Translations under genes and position numbers: made by a program
The notes under the pieces: model-generated
The model's input: the letters and a program-made list of their open reading frames with translations, nothing else
What the model was told of the DNA's origin: nothing
Database searches by the model: none
Source of the DNA: Candidatus Hydrogenedens sp.
GTDB taxonomy: Bacteria > Hydrogenedentota > Hydrogenedentia > Hydrogenedentales > Hydrogenedentaceae
DNA length: 64,000 nt
Reading direction: 5' to 3'
NCBI GenBank assembly: GCA_049968235.1
Contig: JBMFRC010000009.1
Coordinates: 64,001-128,000, forward strand
Shown here: positions 59,413 to 64,000 of the stretch, piece by piece
Numbering within the stretch: position 1 is the first letter of the stretch
Layout of the letters: the number at the start of each line of letters is the position of its first letter

Positions 59413-61779
59413 TTATTTTACTTTTAATTCTGTTATAACAATGCTATATGGTGGAATTTCCATTTCAGGGAAGGCTTTCTTATTGATTTTTTCTTCCTTC
59501 AGCCAGACGCCAGGTTCAGTATCAGGCAGGTTAATGGACATTGGGTCTTTGCCCGTGAGTATCCATGCGGTTTTCGGTGGTGTCACCTCCTTGCCTGCTA
59601 CACCTACATGGATATTAATTGCCCTATCCATGGGGTTTACCACAGAGAGAGTTAATATCCCCTCTTGCCCATCTTTCCAGGCAGAGAAAACATCAATTGG
59701 TACCATAGATACCCCTGCCTGATTGCTATCGGATAGCGGTTTTACCTCGACAGCTACAGGCACAGAACCGAAATGCTGACGGTACAGCATCAGGGTAAGC
59801 CCTGTCGTATCAAAGAAAGCAGTTGTTTTGGTAGTTTTAATGGCAGATATTACATTTACAGTCTGGGCATAATTTGCCATCGTTATTACATCACTATTGC
59901 GGAAAAATTCATGCAGACCAATAGCCACGCCTAAGGCATCTTTCAGGTGGTAAACACAACCTAACTCACCATAGACATGGTCGCCATACCAATAGTTCCA
60001 TTCGTCCATTGCAATGGGCACAAATTTCTCCTTTAAAGCAGGTATCGTTTCCAAATAACCTTTATGATTTTTAACTTTGGCTTTTATTCTCTCGGCTAAC
60101 TGGTAAACATGTTCAAGCACATCCTTTTTTTCTCCACAATAAAAGTGTTCACTTATAAAATCCATATTATTTGCACAATTTTCCAGCATTTTCTGGCTCC
60201 AGATACCCATATTTTCGCCTACACCCACTAACTTAATATTCGGGTCAACTGCTTTCATTGCTTGCGCAAATTCATTATGCCTCTTAACATAGTCATCCAC
60301 AGGGATATGTCCCAATTGCCACTCGCCATACATTTCATTGCCAACGCCCCAGTAGGTAATTTTGTATGGTTCGGGGTTGCCATTATCGGCACGCCATTTG
60401 CCCATAGGAGTATCAACTGAGCCATTAGCATATTCGACCATATCACGTGCTAACTGCACATCGCCCAGACCTGTATTAACCACCGCCAACGGTTCTGTTC
60501 CTATTTCTCTACAGAATTGGATAAATTCGTCTATACCAAAATCATTGGTATCAATACCTCCCCAGGCTGGGTTCTTGCGTGTTGGACGTTTATCCGGGTC
60601 TCCAATGCCGTCTTTCCAGTTATAACCACTGACGAAATTGCCACCAGGCCAGCGATAAATGGGCGAATTAAGTTGTCTAAGCAAGGTTAATGTATCCGCT
60701 CTCATCCCTTTGATATTATCTCCAGGCATAAGTGAGACCGCACCAATGAATAGGTTACCCTGCCCTGTAGCAAGAATAGCAAATTGAGCAGGTTTGCCAT
60801 CTTTATCCACTTTCAATCGGAATGTATATTTCTGATAATCCTGTGAAATATTTTGGATAATAGCGGGTTCGCCCAATAAAGTGTCGCCAGAACGAAGGAC
60901 AATTTTAACTATAACATCCGTATGCGTCGATTTTAGCACAATCCTACCCACATATTCCTTACCTGCAACCACTTCTAATCCATCCTGCACCAGCCCCCGT
61001 TCATGCCTCTGATTTAGCAGTATAACAGGCGAATACCAACTCGTATATGGATGAATCTGATCAATAAAGAGCATCATGTCCGATGGGAACAATTTCCATG
61101 GGGAATCGTTGGTGTTGATGAGGTAGAAGAACTTGCGGTCTTCCAGCGTTTCTGCCCAGATACCACCATAAATACAGCGACCTAAATGTTCGATAAATTG
61201 ACCGTAGATAAATGGATGTATCGGAGTGCCTTTCTTTGAGGGGTCGATAGAAATGTTCATATCACCTATCACCATATCTGATATTTTTTCTAATTTTATA
61301 TCATCAAATATGGCGGAACCTTTCGCCAAACCCCAACCCCCAAAAAGGCAATTCACCATAATTCGTGTTTGTGAACCGACAAAAAAGGTAGATTCAACAT
61401 ATTTCCAATCATTCGTTCCGGATAATGCTTCTGTGCGAGCACCATCAATTCCATGAACATTGAGTAATGCACCCACACCATTTTCTAATTGAATGTTATC
61501 TGTTTTAATCCAGCCGGAGAGTTTGTATTGGGCAAATGGGTCAACATCAATTTCATTGAACCAGGATAAATCACCACCTTCGGTGGAAGAAATCTGGACT
61601 GCATTGCCACTTTTCCCCGGTACGGGATATTGGAATTCACCTTTACCCTGCCAGACCCTTGTCTGCCAGTTATCAGGGGCAGTTGAGCCCTGTTCGAAGG
61701 CTTCTTCAAACATGATTTGAGCAAAAACAAAAGGGGTTAAAAGGATAAACATTACGAATATGACTGAGTTTGGTTTCAT
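59413..61779 (-). CDS. GH51 alpha-L-arabinofuranosidase with an N-terminal CBM/galactose-binding-like domain, secreted
   Basis: YRWPGGNFVSGYNWKDGIG is the GH51 signature; signal peptide; N-terminal beta-sandwich of about 170 aa. Confidence 0.75.
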   Translation of the reverse strand: MKPNSVIFVMFILLTPFVFAQIMFEEAFEQGSTAPDNWQTRVWQGKGEFQYPVPGKSGNAVQISSTEGGDLSWFNEIDVDPFAQYKLSGWIKTDNIQLENGVGALLNVHGIDGARTEALSGTNDWKYVESTFFVGSQTRIMVNCLFGGWGLAKGSAIFDDIKLEKISDMVIGDMNISIDPSKKGTPIHPFIYGQFIEHLGRCIYGGIWAETLEDRKFFYLINTNDSPWKLFPSDMMLFIDQIHPYTSWYSPVILLNQRHERGLVQDGLEVVAGKEYVGRIVLKSTHTDVIVKIVLRSGDTLLGEPAIIQNISQDYQKYTFRLKVDKDGKPAQFAILATGQGNLFIGAVSLMPGDNIKGMRADTLTLLRQLNSPIYRWPGGNFVSGYNWKDGIGDPDKRPTRKNPAWGGIDTNDFGIDEFIQFCREIGTEPLAVVNTGLGDVQLARDMVEYANGSVDTPMGKWRADNGNPEPYKITYWGVGNEMYGEWQLGHIPVDDYVKRHNEFAQAMKAVDPNIKLVGVGENMGIWSQKMLENCANNMDFISEHFYCGEKKDVLEHVYQLAERIKAKVKNHKGYLETIPALKEKFVPIAMDEWNYWYGDHVYGELGCVYHLKDALGVAIGLHEFFRNSDVITMANYAQTVNVISAIKTTKTTAFFDTTGLTLMLYRQHFGSVPVAVEVKPLSDSNQAGVSMVPIDVFSAWKDGQEGILTLSVVNPMDRAINIHVGVAGKEVTPPKTAWILTGKDPMSINLPDTEPGVWLKEEKINKKAFPEMEIPPYSIVITELKVK

Positions 61780-61854
61780 ATTTGTTTCTCCATGTTTGGA
61801 TTTAATAATTGTTATGGCAAAAAAGGAAAGATAAATGCAAATAAAGTTGGGGGA

Positions 61855-61884
61855 GAATCGGACGGGTCGGACGGGTCAGACGGG
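61855..61884. repeat. Tandem 9-bp repeat array A (GAATCGGAC GGGTCGGAC GGGTCAGAC...) immediately 5' of tRNA-Pro
   Basis: Visible 9-mer periodicity NRGTCRGAC. Confidence 0.7.
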
Positions 61885-61936
61885 GTGATGGTGAAATTGC
61901 TATTTTTGAGGTAGAATAGATATAATAGTGTTGTTT

Positions 61937-62014
61937 CGGGGCGTAGCGCAGTCCGGCTAGCGCACTTGGTTTGGGTCCAAGGGGTCGCCGGTTCAAATCC
62001 GGCCGCCCCGACCA
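61937..62014 (+). tRNA. tRNA-Pro (anticodon TGG), CCA encoded
   Basis: CGGGGCGTAGCGCAGTCCGGCTAGCGCACTTGGTTTGGGTCCAAGGGGTCGCCGGTTCAAATCCGGCCGCCCCGACCA; anticodon loop UUUGGGU. Confidence 0.85.
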
Positions 62015-62024
62015 TGAAGTTAAA

Positions 62025-62078
62025 GGGTCAGACAAGTCAGACGGGTCGGACAGGTCAGACAAGTCGGACAAGTCGGAC
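62025..62078. repeat. Tandem 9-bp repeat array B (6 copies of NRGTCRGAC) immediately 3' of tRNA-Pro
   Basis: GGGTCAGAC AAGTCAGAC GGGTCGGAC AGGTCAGAC AAGTCGGAC AAGTCGGAC. Confidence 0.75.
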
Positions 62079-62107
62079 GAAAAAACACAAAATAGAAAGG
62101 AAGGGTT

Positions 62108-62698
62108 ATGTCTGATGGGAGGTTAATTCCTCCACATGGGGGCTATCGGAGATTGCGGAGTTTTCAAGTAGCACAGGAGATATATGACGCGACGGTATTG
62201 TTTTGTTAGCGGTTTATTGATAAGAAGTCAAGAACATATGACCAGATGATTCAGGCGAGCAGGAGTGGGGTTCAAAATATTGCAGAAGGGAGTGTGGCGT
62301 CTGCGACATCAAAGAAGATGGAGATTAAGTTGACAGGTGTGGCAAAGGCAAGTTTGGAGGAGTTGTTGCGGGATTATGAGGATTATTTGAGACAACATGG
62401 TTTGAAACAATGGGGTAAGGATTCGCCGGAGGCAGGAAGGATAAGGGAGATGTATAAGTCGGACAGGTTGGACAAGTTAGACGAGGTGGACCCGTCAGAC
62501 AAGTCGGATATTTATGGGATAAGGACAGCGTCGGCAGAGGTTGCGGGGAATACGGTGATTTGTTTGATTCATCAGGCGACATATTTGTTGAGGAAGCAGT
62601 TAGAACGTTTGGAACGGGAGTTTTTGGAGAAGGGTGGTTTTACGGAGCGGATGTATTGGGAACGAAAACGTTGGCGAGAGAGAGAGAAGAAAGAGTAG
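62108..62698 (+). pseudogene. Four-helix-bundle protein (23S rRNA intervening-sequence protein family) with an in-frame TAG at 62207-09 and an in-frame insertion of 9-bp repeats (array C)
   Basis: N-terminus MSDGRLIPPHGGYRRLRSFQVAQEIYDATVLFC-TAG-...SRSGVQNIAEGSVAS...VAKASLEELL matches the 4HB-family blocks (Q..RA..SI..NIAEG, A.GSL.EL). Residues SDRLDKLDEVDPSDKSD are encoded by degenerate GTCGGAC 9-mers. Confidence 0.6.
62456..62509. repeat. 9-bp repeat array C, inside the 4HB coding sequence and in frame
   Basis: AAGTCGGAC AGGTTGGAC AAGTTAGAC GAGGTGGAC CCGTCAGAC AAGTCGGAT. Confidence 0.65.
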
Positions 62699-62733
62699 AG
62701 TCGGACGGGTCGGACGGGTCGGACAAGTCGGAC
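62698..62733. repeat. 9-bp repeat array D at the 3' end of the 4HB gene
   Basis: GAGTCGGAC GGGTCGGAC GGGTCGGAC AAGTCGGAC. Confidence 0.75.
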
Positions 62734-62870
62734 ATTTAAAACAGATAAAAATGAAAAAAAATAAACGAATCAAATTGAAGGCTATACCTCCCGTTAATTT
62801 GCCAGGATAATCCTTCCTATTTTACTATTTGAGTATTCTAATTTTATGAAATTAATAGAAAGGGATTGTC

Positions 62871-64000
62871 ATGGAAAGAAACATTTGTCATTTCATTACG
62901 AATCATGAACAAAAAAGTCTTCGGGAACGTATAAGAGAACTTATTACTATCAGCAAAGAACTTAAAATTTTAGTGGGTTTCTTCTATTTTTCCGGGATAA
63001 CAGAGTTGTATGAAAGTTTACAAAAAAATCCTAACATTGTGATTAAAGTGCTTATAGGTATGGATGTCGATAAATTAATTAATAAGTTGATTGAATATGC
63101 CAATCCAGACACCTCATTAACTGATAAAGATAGAATTGACTATTTTTTTAAATCATTAAAAACGGCTCTTACTTCCGAAGATATGGACCGTCCCGAGCCC
63201 TACCGACAGATTTCTTATTTCCTGAAACTCATCCAGGAAAATCGTATTATCATCCGAAAAACAAGAAAACCCAATCATTCAAAACTTTATATCTTCAAAA
63301 TATCAGAAGGGCAGGATTTAATTCGCGATACGCTATTCATCACGGGAAGTAGCAATTTGACACACGCAGGTCTATCGGGACAGGGCGAGTTCAATGTTGA
63401 AATAAGTGATTATGGAACAAAAGAAGCGGAAGCGTTTTTTGACGATTTATGGGATGATGCAGTGAAAATCACAGAAACAGAGGAAACAAAAAAGAAACTA
63501 ATCCAGATTATCAATACGGAAACAATGTTTGCATCGATAAAACCTTTTGAGGCTTATACCCTGGTCCTGAAATCCTACCTTGATGCAAATAGTATGAAAG
63601 AGGTTAGTTTAGAGTCCCTTAAAGAAACTATGGAGAAAAAAGGATATGTGCCTTATAAATATCAGATGGACGCTGTTCAATTAGCTTTATCTATTATCAA
63701 TGCTTATGACGGCGTTATTATTGCCGACGTGGTCGGTTTGGGCAAAACGATTATTGCCTGTGCCGTAGCCCGACTTTTAAGAAAACGCGGAATTGTCATC
63801 TCTCCACCGGGGATTATGGGCGATGAGTTGAGGCAATATGGTTGGCGTAAGTATATCGAAGAATTTGGTCTCTATGACTGGGAGGTTTTTTCCAGCGGGA
63901 AACTTGATACCATATTGAAAACAGTTCGTAGATGTGAAGATATTGAGGTGATTATCATTGATGAAGCACATAAATACCGCAATCAGGATACAGAAAGTTA
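62871..64000 (+). CDS. PLD-family nuclease domain fused to an SNF2-family helicase (partial; continues beyond the window end)
   Basis: Single HKD motif (NHSKLYIFK...DTLFITGSSNLTHAGL) followed by SNF2 motif I (IIADVVGLGKTIIA) and motif II (IIIDEAHKYRN). The ORF is open to the window edge and is absent from the ORF track. Confidence 0.7.
   Translation, partial: MERNICHFITNHEQKSLRERIRELITISKELKILVGFFYFSGITELYESLQKNPNIVIKVLIGMDVDKLINKLIEYANPDTSLTDKDRIDYFFKSLKTALTSEDMDRPEPYRQISYFLKLIQENRIIIRKTRKPNHSKLYIFKISEGQDLIRDTLFITGSSNLTHAGLSGQGEFNVEISDYGTKEAEAFFDDLWDDAVKITETEETKKKLIQIINTETMFASIKPFEAYTLVLKSYLDANSMKEVSLESLKETMEKKGYVPYKYQMDAVQLALSIINAYDGVIIADVVGLGKTIIACAVARLLRKRGIVISPPGIMGDELRQYGWRKYIEEFGLYDWEVFSSGKLDTILKTVRRCEDIEVIIIDEAHKYRNQDTES

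Noticed and set aside
61802-62071. Minus-strand ORFs (89 aa and 67 aa) covering tRNA-Pro, made of SDLSDLSDPSDL repeats
   Set aside because: They are translations of the 9-bp GTCGGAC repeat arrays and of the tRNA gene itself; they overlap a confident tRNA and have no start context.
19365-62209. Genome-wide TAG reassignment (pyrrolysine or another sense reading)
   Set aside because: Several well-conserved genes in the window terminate on TAG exactly at their expected C-termini (exbD, tlyA, the HEAT-repeat protein, the Mrr_N-like gene). The GHL10 pseudogene also has a frameshift and an in-frame TAA. Decay is therefore the more economical explanation.
61855-62733. Possibility that the short tandem repeats are a CRISPR array
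   Set aside because: The units are 9 bp, directly tandem, with no spacers, no 25-40 bp repeats and no cas genes. This is a minisatellite, not CRISPR.

Overview
This is a low-GC bacterial chromosomal window (64 kb). Its gene content, which includes DUF1080, Tat-exported Gfo/Idh/MocA, GH4/GH29/GH51 enzymes, FG-GAP and HEAT proteins and an ECF sigma/anti-sigma pair, suggests a Planctomycetes/Verrucomicrobia-like or candidate-phylum organism; that placement is inference only. The core is mostly housekeeping and carbohydrate genes. On the minus strand these include a conserved operon infC(AUA start)-rpmI-rplT-hisA-tyrA-tmk-holB-ricT-tatD that ends in an orphan radical-SAM/SPASM gene, plus purF-purC, cysS with an adjacent tRNA-Cys, recN, dprA and tlyA. 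A fliW-csrA pair heads an operon that continues into large multidomain glycosyltransferase/methyltransferase genes. RNA genes found by eye are tRNA-Leu (anticodon loop reads AAG), tRNA-Cys(GCA), tRNA-Leu(TAA), tRNA-Pro(TGG) and a one-piece tmRNA whose tag is ANQELALAA. The accessory DNA is concentrated at the tRNA/tmRNA loci. (1) The ssrA locus carries an orphan beta-class DNA methyltransferase, a 769-bp non-coding element bounded by perfect 16-bp inverted repeats, a multiply disrupted GHL10-like pseudogene and a Y1 (IS200/RAYT-type) transposase fragment. (2) tRNA-Pro is flanked by tandem 9-bp GTCGGAC-type repeat arrays. One array is inserted in frame into a four-helix-bundle (23S-IVS-type) protein gene, and the locus is followed by a PLD-nuclease/SNF2-helicase fusion gene that runs off the window, a candidate defence island. 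(3) Next to tRNA-Leu lie a small tandemly duplicated zinc-finger protein and an Mrr_N-like winged-helix gene. Three accessory genes carry in-frame TAG codons, although TAG is demonstrably used as a true stop elsewhere in the window. No CRISPR array, integrase or intact transposase was found.
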